Both the position numbers and the translations under genes were made by a program. From Candidatus Poribacteria bacterium (GTDB lineage Bacteria > Poribacteria > WGA-4E > UBA9662), in NCBI GenBank assembly GCA_046582655.1, contig JAYGDX010000084.1:1-18157 (forward strand): a DNA stretch of 18,157 nucleotides, read 5' to 3'. Of the stretch, positions 5,276 through 13,734 are shown in pieces. Below the pieces are notes generated by a model. That model was given only the letters and a program-made list of their open reading frames with translations. It had not been told where the DNA came from and did no database searches. Within the stretch, counting starts at the first letter, position 1. Each line of letters starts with the position of its first letter.

Positions 5276-7225
5276 ATGAGCACCTTCAGAATCAACAGTA
5301 ATCCCGCATCAATACTGGCATACAGCACACCAGAACGGTTGGCTCAGGATTTTGCCAGCAGGGGGCTCGTTGTACTGGCTCCAGAAAGTCTCGGCATTCC
5401 GATAGATGTTCACGACCGAATCTACGAGCAGGAAAAGCAGGCGATCAGCGAGCGGAAGCGAGTTACGCCTTCACTTATTCCGGACGTGCTTAACGTGATC
5501 AACGCACCCGGAGTTGTCGCCGCTTGCAACCAACTTGTCGGTGAGAACTGGGCCATCGTTCCTTTCACCCACAATGCATCTTTCACAAGTGGCTCCAGAG
5601 ATCAGCATTGGCATAAAGACGACAACGGCCCTTACAACAGCAGAAAACAGCGCCACCACCAGGCCGTGCAAATCGAGATGCTGTACTATCCGCAGGCGGT
5701 TCGTGAGGACATGGGCCCAACGGCGACCGTGCCTTATTCACACTACTGGACGTTCAATCACGAAGAAAATCATGACAATTTTGCAGGTGCGGACCATCTC
5801 GATTTTAACTACCAGCTTAACGGCATGGAACGTGAGCCTGTCAGCGGCCCCGACTCCAAATACGATGAAGACGACATTGTTCATCGTCGCACGGCACATG
5901 ACGTTCGGATGAGGGAGGCGATTACTAACTTAAAGTGGCCTCTTGTTCAGTCGTTTGAAGCCGCTCCGCTGCGGGCCGGCAGTGTTGTTTTCTATTCTCA
6001 CAATACGTTCCATCGAGGCAATCACCGTCGTGACGATTGGCGCACATGGGAAGATAACCCGCGCTTCATGTGGCGTTTTTGGTTGTATCGCACCACCGAT
6101 CCCACTTTATTAAGTAACGACAACGGCTCGCCAGCCGAAGTCCGTTGGAACAGGCTCGGAGTGGATCCGCTGACTAATATCGATCTGACTGAAGCTAACG
6201 ACGACGTTACCGTAATTTGGCGCCATCATTATCATTGGATGCTAACGGGGCAGACACCTCCACCACGACCGGAAGTTGCAGCCTTAGCGGCTGAGGAACG
6301 AGAGCAAGAGGCGGCACGATTGTCCACGCAGTTGCACTTGAAGCACGATGAAGCAGAGCCGGCACGAATCGGCGCTGCATATAAACTCGCCTCCATTGGT
6401 AATACAGCGCTGGCTGTAAAGCTACTTGGCCAAGCCTTGTACAATGACCGAGAGAGTGTACGGAGGGCTGCCACGTATGGCCTGACTGCCGTTGGACCAG
6501 ACGCTACAAGCACCCTTCTTGAAGCAACGAATGCACCGCTCAAATGGGTCCGGAAGGCGGGCGTGTATGGGCTGGGCGATGTTAGTCCTCTTAATGATGA
6601 GGTTTTGAAGGCTGTCGTAACATGTCTAGAGGATGACCCGTCCGTATATGTCCGTTCCGTTGCGGCTGGAACCCTAGGCTGTTTGGGACGCCGCGCAATA
6701 GCCATGGGTGTTGGTCAATCACTGATTCCCGCATGCCTTGAGGCGCTCGTGCAGAGTCTGGGTCGTGAGGAGAATCGGCTGGCTATGGACCGAGAGCAAC
6801 AACGGAGCATCAAGTTTGTACGGCCTACAGATGAGTGCGATGTGTGTGAGGGCGGCGGCGTCGACTTTGCTCTTGAGCGTTTTAAGCCGGTCCGTTCAGC
6901 AGTTCGGGAGAATGCGCTTTGGTCCATCGTCATCCTTTGTTCGCATGGCGCCACAATCACGGGTACTGCGCTAGAGCCGACTATACTTACCTTGAAAGAA
7001 GTTATGCGAAACGACCAGAATGTCATCTGTGTTGGGTTCGCTATGGATGCGCTGAACCGCCTTGCCAACTTGCGGTCGCAGGATGAGGTGGTGGCATCAC
7101 TTATCATCGACCTGCAAGCGAATCTTTTGGCGATACTTAAAGAATCACCTGCTCGAAGTTGGGAAGCCCTTGTCCGCGGTGGCCTCAGTTCAAGCACCTT
7201 ATCCGAGCTTGATCAGTTGGGTTGA
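5276..7225 (+). CDS. PhyH-like Fe(II)/2-oxoglutarate dioxygenase domain fused to HEAT/PBS-lyase repeats
   Basis: HWHKDD (HxD), YYPQAV..MGPTATVPYSH, AGSVVFYSHNTFHRG (distal His). C-half has HEAT repeats (ESVRRAATYGL, KWVRKAGVYGLG, DPSVYVRSVAAGTLG, SAVRENALWSI). ATG 5276 preferred over GTG 5222; start uncertain. Confidence 0.85.
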   Translation: MSTFRINSNPASILAYSTPERLAQDFASRGLVVLAPESLGIPIDVHDRIYEQEKQAISERKRVTPSLIPDVLNVINAPGVVAACNQLVGENWAIVPFTHNASFTSGSRDQHWHKDDNGPYNSRKQRHHQAVQIEMLYYPQAVREDMGPTATVPYSHYWTFNHEENHDNFAGADHLDFNYQLNGMEREPVSGPDSKYDEDDIVHRRTAHDVRMREAITNLKWPLVQSFEAAPLRAGSVVFYSHNTFHRGNHRRDDWRTWEDNPRFMWRFWLYRTTDPTLLSNDNGSPAEVRWNRLGVDPLTNIDLTEANDDVTVIWRHHYHWMLTGQTPPPRPEVAALAAEEREQEAARLSTQLHLKHDEAEPARIGAAYKLASIGNTALAVKLLGQALYNDRESVRRAATYGLTAVGPDATSTLLEATNAPLKWVRKAGVYGLGDVSPLNDEVLKAVVTCLEDDPSVYVRSVAAGTLGCLGRRAIAMGVGQSLIPACLEALVQSLGREENRLAMDREQQRSIKFVRPTDECDVCEGGGVDFALERFKPVRSAVRENALWSIVILCSHGATITGTALEPTILTLKEVMRNDQNVICVGFAMDALNRLANLRSQDEVVASLIIDLQANLLAILKESPARSWEALVRGGLSSSTLSELDQLG

Positions 7226-7653
7226 TCTGATTGTTTTGCGGCATGATGATCCTAGGTCGGTTGATGTAATGTCAATTGTCGAGCAAGGTCTCGAGAACTA
7301 CCCTAATCTCTTCCTAACCTTCTAGGAGCCTTCCATAGCAGAACTTTCTTCGGAGGAGTGAAGCGCATCTGTCTTGTCGCGTCACTCACCACTCCATCAA
7401 AGACTGTGAATCCTCTAGCAAATGTTCGGGCAGCGAATTGGGAAATCTGTCGCGGTATCTAGTTCGGCGTAAGGTAAGTGGTTGCCAACACTGAGCGGCC
7501 AACGCTATAGTACAAAAAGAGGGACCCAATAATCGCATCAGGATGGCTATATCAAGTGGTTTGATGCGGTGCAGGGTCCTTCAGCGGAAGGTCAATATTA
7601 TGGCTAAAAGATCGATTGTCGTGTTGACGGTGATGATGAACTTGCGAAAGTAA

Positions 7654-8243
7654 AGCCGAAATGCAATTAGTCAAGAAGCTAAGAAAAGTGTAAAGATCTT
7701 TATCGATAAAGTGTGTGCTTTTTGTCACGAAGGACCGAACTTCAACGACAACGATTTTCATATCTGGGGTTGCTGACAATAATCCCCAAACGATGGAAAA
7801 TCGAGCTAAATTCAATTCATGCAAGCCCCCCAACACCCAATATCCGGAGAGAAGAGAACCCATGCTTGGGGGCGATTTCTCGTGATAGGACAATTGTTGC
7901 AGGATCCATTTAATAGCAATGGAATCTACAGTGATAAGACAGCTGCCAACCGGCCGAAATTTCTGATGCCATTTAAGTTTCGTCTTAGTCAATTTAGAAC
8001 CCGGCCTTGAGGAATGTCGCCTTAACAGCGTCTTACTCACATAGCGGAAGGTTTAATACTCTAGAAGAGGTGATTTATTTTTATAACCGAGATGATACTC
8101 TGGTTTCATGGATAAAAAAAGAAGGAACTATCAAATCACTGAATTTGAGCCAAGAAGAAAAATTGAACTTAATCGAATTTCTGTATACCCTGACAGCCCG
8201 ACCTTTACCCGACGAACTGACTCGAAATACTAACAGCTTTTAG
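7654..8243 (+). pseudogene. Degraded C-terminal half of a di-heme cytochrome c peroxidase (CcP/MauG family)
   Basis: Successive segments: AISQEAKKSVKIFIDKVCAFCHEGPNFNDNDFH (CxxCH at 7714-7728, stop at 7774-7776); GRFLVIGQLLQDPFNSNGIYSD...QFRT; then, after a 1-nt deletion near 8000, ALRNVALTASYSHSGRFNTLEEVIYFYN...LNLSQEEKLNLIEFLYTLT. These match the family motifs FxTPxLRNVAxTAPYMHxG and LxLSxxExxxLxxFL. Confidence 0.85.
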
Positions 8244-8646
8244 ATCTACTATGACCATTCTCCTGTATTTAAGTTAAAACTTTGTACAAACAATCTGAAC
8301 ATTATATTACTACTGCTTTACAAATAAACGACAGTAAAACTATGGCTCTTGGGCAGGATTGGTGAAGCTGGAGCCTCCTGTTTATTACTGAACTAGAAAG
8401 GTGCTAGTTAGGAAAACCCATTCGGGCTCTGGTCGATTATAATTGACTGAGCAAGAATACAAAGTTGAGTATGCATGGTGTGTAATTCCTCCCTTGACAA
8501 ACTAAATTTAATTGCTGTAGATCACTGATACTGTCTTCTAATTGCGCCAAGACAATGTCTATTCCGCTTAGCATTGAAAGCCAGTAGGCTGATGGTCGCT
8601 GACTCTGACCAAAGTTGGGATTATCGTCCGTGTTTCCTCTTTCAGC

Positions 8647-8675
8647 TTGACCAATCCATCAGTTTGGTATAGCAT
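8647..8675 (+). promoter_or_regulatory. Putative sigma70-type promoter for the PhyH cluster
   Basis: TTGACC (8647-8652), 17-nt spacer, TAGCAT (8670-8675), about 220 nt upstream of the ATG at 8896. Confidence 0.4.
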
Positions 8676-8895
8676 GAGGAATGTGGTGGATCGCATATTG
8701 ATTGTAGTTTTCTTCATTCGCTGAAATCGAGTATCAACGGGACTAAGGTGACACGGGTACTATTTGATTCACAGTTTTTTAAGATCTTGGTGTATTTGGT
8801 AATTCCGTTTTAAAAAGATGAGACGAAGTCACGTACAAAGTTAATTGGATTGTGACTGAAATTGCTACGGCAGATCCTACAAAGGATGATATTGA

Positions 8896-9672
8896 ATGGA
8901 AAATGAGCTTACTCAACAACAAGTTAACTTCTTTGAACAAAATGGACATCTGACCCTTGAAGCTATGACAACGCCAGAAGAATTAGAATGGCTCCGCCGC
9001 ATTTATGACAGTCTGCTGAGTAAAAGGGTTGGTTGGGAACAAGGTCACCAGTTCGATCTGGCAGGAACAGACGATGAAGACCAACCTAAACTGCCTCAAA
9101 TTCTAGGTCCGAGTCGATACATTCCAGAACTTAAAGACACCCTCTACCGAGCAAACGCTAAAGCCATTGCTTATCAACTACTAGGTCCCAATGTCCAAGA
9201 TCAGATTGGCGAGCATATGATTTATAAACCGTCTCAGATCGGCGTCAGCACACCTTGGCATCAGGATCAAGCCTATCACAATCCAACGCAATTTTTTCGC
9301 AACATCAACTTTTGGTTGTCATTAGACGATGCTACTGTCGACTCCGGTTGTCTGCAGTTTGTCCCGGGCAGCCACAAACTAGATGTCCTTCCACACCATA
9401 GCATTAACCATGACCCTCGCATTCATGGTTTGGAAGTGGACGAACCGGAGTGTTGGGTAGACCAAGCAGTTGCCTGTCCGGTTCCAGCTGGCGGAGCCAC
9501 GCTTCACGCCTCTTACATACTCCACTATGCGGGACCGAATGTGACCGACCAGCCTCGTCGTGCATACACCCTTGTGTTTCGGATGCCGCCAACACCAAGA
9601 GATGTTCCAATAGATAACTATTGGGAACGGCAAAAACAGACAGCTCGCGCTGAGCGCAGTGAGAGTGGATAG
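8896..9672 (+). CDS. Phytanoyl-CoA dioxygenase (PhyH) family protein
   Basis: LTQQQVNFFEQNGHL; TPWHQD (HxD); WLSLDDATVDSGCLQFVPGSH; AGGATLHASYILHYAGPNVTDQPRR. AAAGGA RBS upstream. Confidence 0.93.
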   Translation: MENELTQQQVNFFEQNGHLTLEAMTTPEELEWLRRIYDSLLSKRVGWEQGHQFDLAGTDDEDQPKLPQILGPSRYIPELKDTLYRANAKAIAYQLLGPNVQDQIGEHMIYKPSQIGVSTPWHQDQAYHNPTQFFRNINFWLSLDDATVDSGCLQFVPGSHKLDVLPHHSINHDPRIHGLEVDEPECWVDQAVACPVPAGGATLHASYILHYAGPNVTDQPRRAYTLVFRMPPTPRDVPIDNYWERQKQTARAERSESG

Positions 9673-9686
9673 GGACCTGATCTAAA
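9671..9686 (+). repeat. Short direct repeat, left of the frameshifted PhyH gene
   Basis: AGGGACCTGATCTAAA. ACCTGATCTAAA recurs at 10578-10589 and AGGGACCTGAT at 10589-10599. Confidence 0.7.
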
Positions 9687-10561
9687 TGCTCAGTGATTTA
9701 CAGATAACAACTTTAGAACAAAAAGGATATGTGATCATCGAAGATCTGTTTACCTCAGAAGACTTGCATCCGATAAAAGACGAGTTCAGCATGCTGGTAG
9801 AACATCAGGCACAGAAACTGTATCAGGCAGGCCGGCTCAGTGATTTGTACCAAGACCAACCTTTTGAACACCGGCTGGCAGAAATTGCAGCAGAAGTTCC
9901 CGAAGCTATTTCTGCTCTGTTCCCAAACGGCAGGTTCCATAAAGGGGAAGCATTGTTCCAGTTCATGAAGCACCTTAAAATCTTAGATCGAGTGGAATGT
10001 TTGGTAGGAACCGAGATCCTTTGCCATCCGTCATACAATATCCACCCTCGTTTAACTGGTGGATACACCAGTTCCCATCAGGATGCTGGATACTATCTGC
10101 CAGATGGGGATGAAACTTTGATTATCGCCTGTCTGGTACCGCTGTCGATACTACGGTTGAAATGGATGTTTGTGGGTTGCGCCGCGTCGACACCAAGAAG
10201 GTGTTTTTCGTCATGTCTGGGGAGAGGGTGGACTAAATCTCTTGTTGGAAGATATAACGCAGTCTGAACGACTGCCATTACCAACTCAAGCTGGTAGCAT
10301 GGTGATATTCAGCAGCATGTTGCCACATGGTTCGCTTGTTAATCAGACGGATGCCATTCGTTGGAGCATGGATCTACGCTATCAAGCAATCGGCGGCGCT
10401 ACAGGCCGTTGGCACGTTCCCGGTTTTATAGCACGAAGCCTGTCAAATCCGGCATCAGAGACACCGGACAGCCAAAAACGTGGGCAGATGAAGTCTCACG
10501 TGTCAAGCAGCACGCAGATAGGTACCCCGAATGGCCACGAAACCGCTGGCCCCGCACATAA
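9686..10561 (+). pseudogene. PhyH family protein with three apparent single-base deletions (pseudogene or sequencing errors)
   Basis: Adding one G at ~10144, one A in the run at 10160-10162 and one A in the run at 10474-10478 joins ORFs 9686..10267, 10170..10583 and 10361..10561. The result reads SSHQDAGY..VPLVDTTVENGCLWVAP..AGSMVIFSSMLPHGSLVNQTDAIRWSMDLRYQ..KTWADEV..RWPRT*, colinear with the paralog at 10702-11670. Confidence 0.85.
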
Positions 10562-10577
10562 CTTGCATTGTACAGCC

Positions 10578-10599
10578 ACCTGATCTAAAGGGACCTGAT
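10578..10599 (+). repeat. Short direct repeat, right of the frameshifted PhyH gene
   Basis: ACCTGATCTAAAGGGACCTGAT, a permuted ~1.5-unit copy of the 15-nt unit AGGGACCTGATCTAA seen at 9671-9685. Confidence 0.7.
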
Positions 10600-10701
10600 T
10601 TTGATTAGCATGTTTTTCCGCACGCGGGCCAGTGAATAGCATTTTCTTGTAAAAGATGAGTGCGATGAATGTAAAGATCAATTGAGAAAAGGAACCATAG
10701 A

Positions 10702-11670
10702 ATGGGCTTAACCTCAGCAGAAATAGAACAGTTTCAAAAGCAGGGCTATTTGGTCAAGGAAGGCGTTTATACCAATACCGATTTGCAGCCGCTTCGTCAA
10801 GGATTAACAGAAACAGTTCAAGATAAGTGTGATCAACTGATCGCTGAGAAACAACTGGATCGAGACTTCGCAGAAGCTTCCTTTAAAACACGCCTAGCCA
10901 GACTCTATCGACACAACCCAGATGCCGGACACCAGGTGTTAATGTCGATTTGGTCAGGCCGTTTTCACGGTGCTGGCATGTTAAAGGCCTTGCGTCATCC
11001 ACCGCTTGTCAACTGTGTGGCAGATTTGATAGGTCCTGATATTGTCGCTACTTCGATTTACCGTGTGCGACCTAAAGTCCCAGGCTATCTGGGAGGAGAA
11101 GTTCCATGGCACCAAGACTCAGGTTATTCGATGTCGCATTGTTACGACTATGTAATGATTACTTGCTGGATTCCTTTAGTGGATGTAACCTTAGAAAATG
11201 GATGTTTGTGGGTAATCCCCAAGTCACACCAGTCGGGAATCATTCGGCACTATACAGGGGGACATGCGGGTTTTCTGGAAGTTGCACCAGAGGATTTGCC
11301 AACTGGAGCAATTCCAGTGGAGATGTCGGCAGGTTCTGTACTACTGATGACAAGCATGACGCCACATGCTTCCTTTGAGAATACGACTAATATTGTTCGC
11401 TGGAGCATTGATTTACGGTACCAAGATTTTGAAGTGCCAAGCAACATCGACGAAATACCTCAAGATTACACATCCGATCGAGATCCAGTGACAATGGCTT
11501 GCCACCCGGGTGAAGCCTATTTCGTAATTCGGGACACACAGCATCCAGAACGAGAAACAACAGACCCAGCTGATTTTGCGGCTTTGCGCCAACGGTGGGA
11601 CCGAGCTCAAGTTAGCGGTGGTGGACGAAGATGGACTCCATTGTCAGAACGAAAAATTAAATCTAGCTAA
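10702..11670 (+). CDS. Phytanoyl-CoA dioxygenase (PhyH) family protein
   Basis: LTSAEIEQFQKQGYL; VPWHQDSGY (HxD); TCWIPLVDVTLENGCLWVIPKSH; AGSVLLMTSMTPHASFENTTNIVRWSIDLRY. AAAGGA RBS. Confidence 0.93.
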   Translation: MGLTSAEIEQFQKQGYLVKEGVYTNTDLQPLRQGLTETVQDKCDQLIAEKQLDRDFAEASFKTRLARLYRHNPDAGHQVLMSIWSGRFHGAGMLKALRHPPLVNCVADLIGPDIVATSIYRVRPKVPGYLGGEVPWHQDSGYSMSHCYDYVMITCWIPLVDVTLENGCLWVIPKSHQSGIIRHYTGGHAGFLEVAPEDLPTGAIPVEMSAGSVLLMTSMTPHASFENTTNIVRWSIDLRYQDFEVPSNIDEIPQDYTSDRDPVTMACHPGEAYFVIRDTQHPERETTDPADFAALRQRWDRAQVSGGGRRWTPLSERKIKSS

Positions 11671-11838
11671 AATGTGTTCAACTGGCCTAGGCTCCAATTT
11701 CATTAGCCATTCCTTAACACTCGGGAGGCCTCTCTCATCCTCACTTTGAACTCAACAAGACACGAATTCTAAACCTAGAAGCTTTTGAAAAAGTGGCAGG
11801 TAAAATCAGGTAAGGGCGAGAAGTACACCAGTTATATG

Positions 11839-11868
11839 AATAATTAGCAAATACATTTGCTAATTATT
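11839..11868. promoter_or_regulatory. Perfect inverted repeat, candidate operator
   Basis: AATAATTAGCAAAT-AC-ATTTGCTAATTATT (14-bp arms, 2-nt spacer), 36 nt upstream of the ATG at 11905. A second palindrome TTCATTAATGAA is at 11875-11886. Confidence 0.6.
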
Positions 11869-11904
11869 ATCAATTTCATTAATGAACGCTAACTAAGAAC
11901 AATT

Positions 11905-13707
11905 ATGCTAGAAAACTCTCTTTATCTTCTTCTTTTCCCGTTCTTCTCTGTTGTTTCACAGAACACGTGCGAGAAACTGCAAATTCCCCATATCTTTGGT
12001 GACCACATGGTTATTCAGCGAGATAAGCCAATTCGCATGTGGGGATCGGCTGAGCCAGAAGCCACCGTTCAAGTCCGTTTAGCAGAATTGAATGGCATCA
12101 CCAAGGCCGACCAACACGGCACATGGTCGCTCGAACTCGAGGCACTGCCTGCCAACGCCGAAGGTACGACCTTATCGGTTACTTCCAATTCAGAAACTAT
12201 CGAATATCAGGACGTGATTATTGGCGATGTCTGGATACTTGGTGGACAGAGCAATATGGAGGACGAACTCGAAAATGTTTACCATGGTGACATGGAGGTT
12301 GCTTCGGCCAATCATCCAAATATTCGATTGATGACCATTCCCCAGGTGGCTTCTCCTCAACCGCCCTCGAACTTTGCACGAATCAACGAATACAATTCCT
12401 GGACAGGCCGATACGAACAGAAAGGAGGATGGTTCTGTTGCACGCCAGAAACCGTTCATCGGTTTTCGGCCATCGGTTATATCTTCGGTCGCCGTCTCCA
12501 CCTTGTTTCAGGTATTCCCATTGGCTTGATCGATACCGCCTGGGGTGGAACCACAGTGGAAGCTTGGACTTCACGTGACATGCTGAAAACCGTAGACGGA
12601 GCCCACCCCTTGCTTGCCGAATGGGATGCTCAGATTGAAGACTACGACACAGAAGCTAGCCTTCAGGAACGCATCGATCACTGGAAGAAAGATACTGAAC
12701 GCCGTAAAAAGGAGGGGAAATCGCCGAATCCAAAGCCGACTGAGCCAGACCAAGACCCTGCAAGCGACAGAAATAATCCCGGAGCTTCCTTCAACGGTAT
12801 GATTGCTCCTTATGCCGACTTCAATCTGAGGGGAGCTATTTTCAATCAAGGCTACAATAACGCACTCGGAGATGCTCGCCCCAAACTATACGCTCGTGTT
12901 TTTAAAGCCATGATCCAGGATTGGCGACGTGCCTTTCAAAATGAGGCTATGCCGTTCGGAATTATCTCGCTCACAGCTGGTGGAAACCCACAAATATATC
13001 ACAATTTTGAGATTAGCATGATTGACGCTGGCCCCTTTATTCGCGAAGGGCAGTACAAAGCTTGGCAGGAACTAGAAAATGTAGGTTTCGCCTCAGCCTA
13101 CGACCAACAGGTGCCTTGGTACCATCCACATAAGAAGGTCGAATTGGGAGAGCGAATAGCTCGTTGGGCTTTGCACACCCAATACGGCCAAACCCAGTTG
13201 GGTTGGCAACCTAGCATCTGTAAGGAATTAGAGAACAGAGGCAATCATTTAATACTAATTTTCGATCGAGCGGTTCGAGTTCATGACGGACGGCCTTTTG
13301 AAGGTTTTGCCATCGCTGGTGAGGATCAGCATTTCTATCCAGCTAAGGCTGAATTTGTTGTTGTTGGTCAAGACGAGCACGGTCGCGATCGTAATGACGA
13401 ACAAAAGCTGAAGATTTGGAGTCCGATGGTTCTTAAACCGAAGGCTGTTCGCTACGCTTGGGCGCGTAACCCAATCGGCAACGCAGTCAACAGCCAACAT
13501 CATGAGCGCATTATCCCTATTCCCTCTTTTCGAACAGATGATTGGGACTGGCCCGAAGCCCCTTTCGATGTAGCAGGTCTGGATGCCAAAAATGCACACA
13601 ACCATCAGCTTCATCAAATGCGTCAGCAGGCCGAAGCCTGGGTCAAGAAACGGATTATTGAGGAAGCAAAGGAAATCCTGAAAGCCACCGAGGGAAGCTC
13701 CAAATAA
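11905..13707 (+). CDS. Sialate O-acetylesterase-like (SASA/SGNH) protein, probably secreted
   Basis: IFGDHMVIQRDKPIRMWG; IGDVWILGGQSNME (catalytic Ser); FSAIGYIFGRRL..PIGLIDTAWGGTTVEAW; FNGMIAP; HPHKKVELGERIA; PKAVRYAW; PSFRTDDW. Hydrophobic N-terminus. Confidence 0.9.
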   Translation: MLENSLYLLLFPFFSVVSQNTCEKLQIPHIFGDHMVIQRDKPIRMWGSAEPEATVQVRLAELNGITKADQHGTWSLELEALPANAEGTTLSVTSNSETIEYQDVIIGDVWILGGQSNMEDELENVYHGDMEVASANHPNIRLMTIPQVASPQPPSNFARINEYNSWTGRYEQKGGWFCCTPETVHRFSAIGYIFGRRLHLVSGIPIGLIDTAWGGTTVEAWTSRDMLKTVDGAHPLLAEWDAQIEDYDTEASLQERIDHWKKDTERRKKEGKSPNPKPTEPDQDPASDRNNPGASFNGMIAPYADFNLRGAIFNQGYNNALGDARPKLYARVFKAMIQDWRRAFQNEAMPFGIISLTAGGNPQIYHNFEISMIDAGPFIREGQYKAWQELENVGFASAYDQQVPWYHPHKKVELGERIARWALHTQYGQTQLGWQPSICKELENRGNHLILIFDRAVRVHDGRPFEGFAIAGEDQHFYPAKAEFVVVGQDEHGRDRNDEQKLKIWSPMVLKPKAVRYAWARNPIGNAVNSQHHERIIPIPSFRTDDWDWPEAPFDVAGLDAKNAHNHQLHQMRQQAEAWVKKRIIEEAKEILKATEGSSK

Positions 13708-13734
13708 GCTGAAGCAATTCTGCGGGAATGTATT

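Noticed and set aside
6232..7197. Minus-strand ORFs of 157 and 160 aa
   Set aside because: Antisense shadows of the GC-rich PhyH-HEAT gene with no motifs.
7552..8040. 162-aa minus-strand ORF
   Set aside because: Opposite the cytochrome c peroxidase relic, which has clear family motifs.
8385..8430. AACTAG-AAAGGTG-CTAGTT hairpin as a cobalamin riboswitch or fourth repeat copy
   Set aside because: B12-box and other conserved elements are absent; only TGAACTAGA is shared with the repeat.
10639..10664. GNRA-capped hairpin before the last PhyH gene as a terminator
   Set aside because: Weak AT/GU-rich stem and no U-tract.
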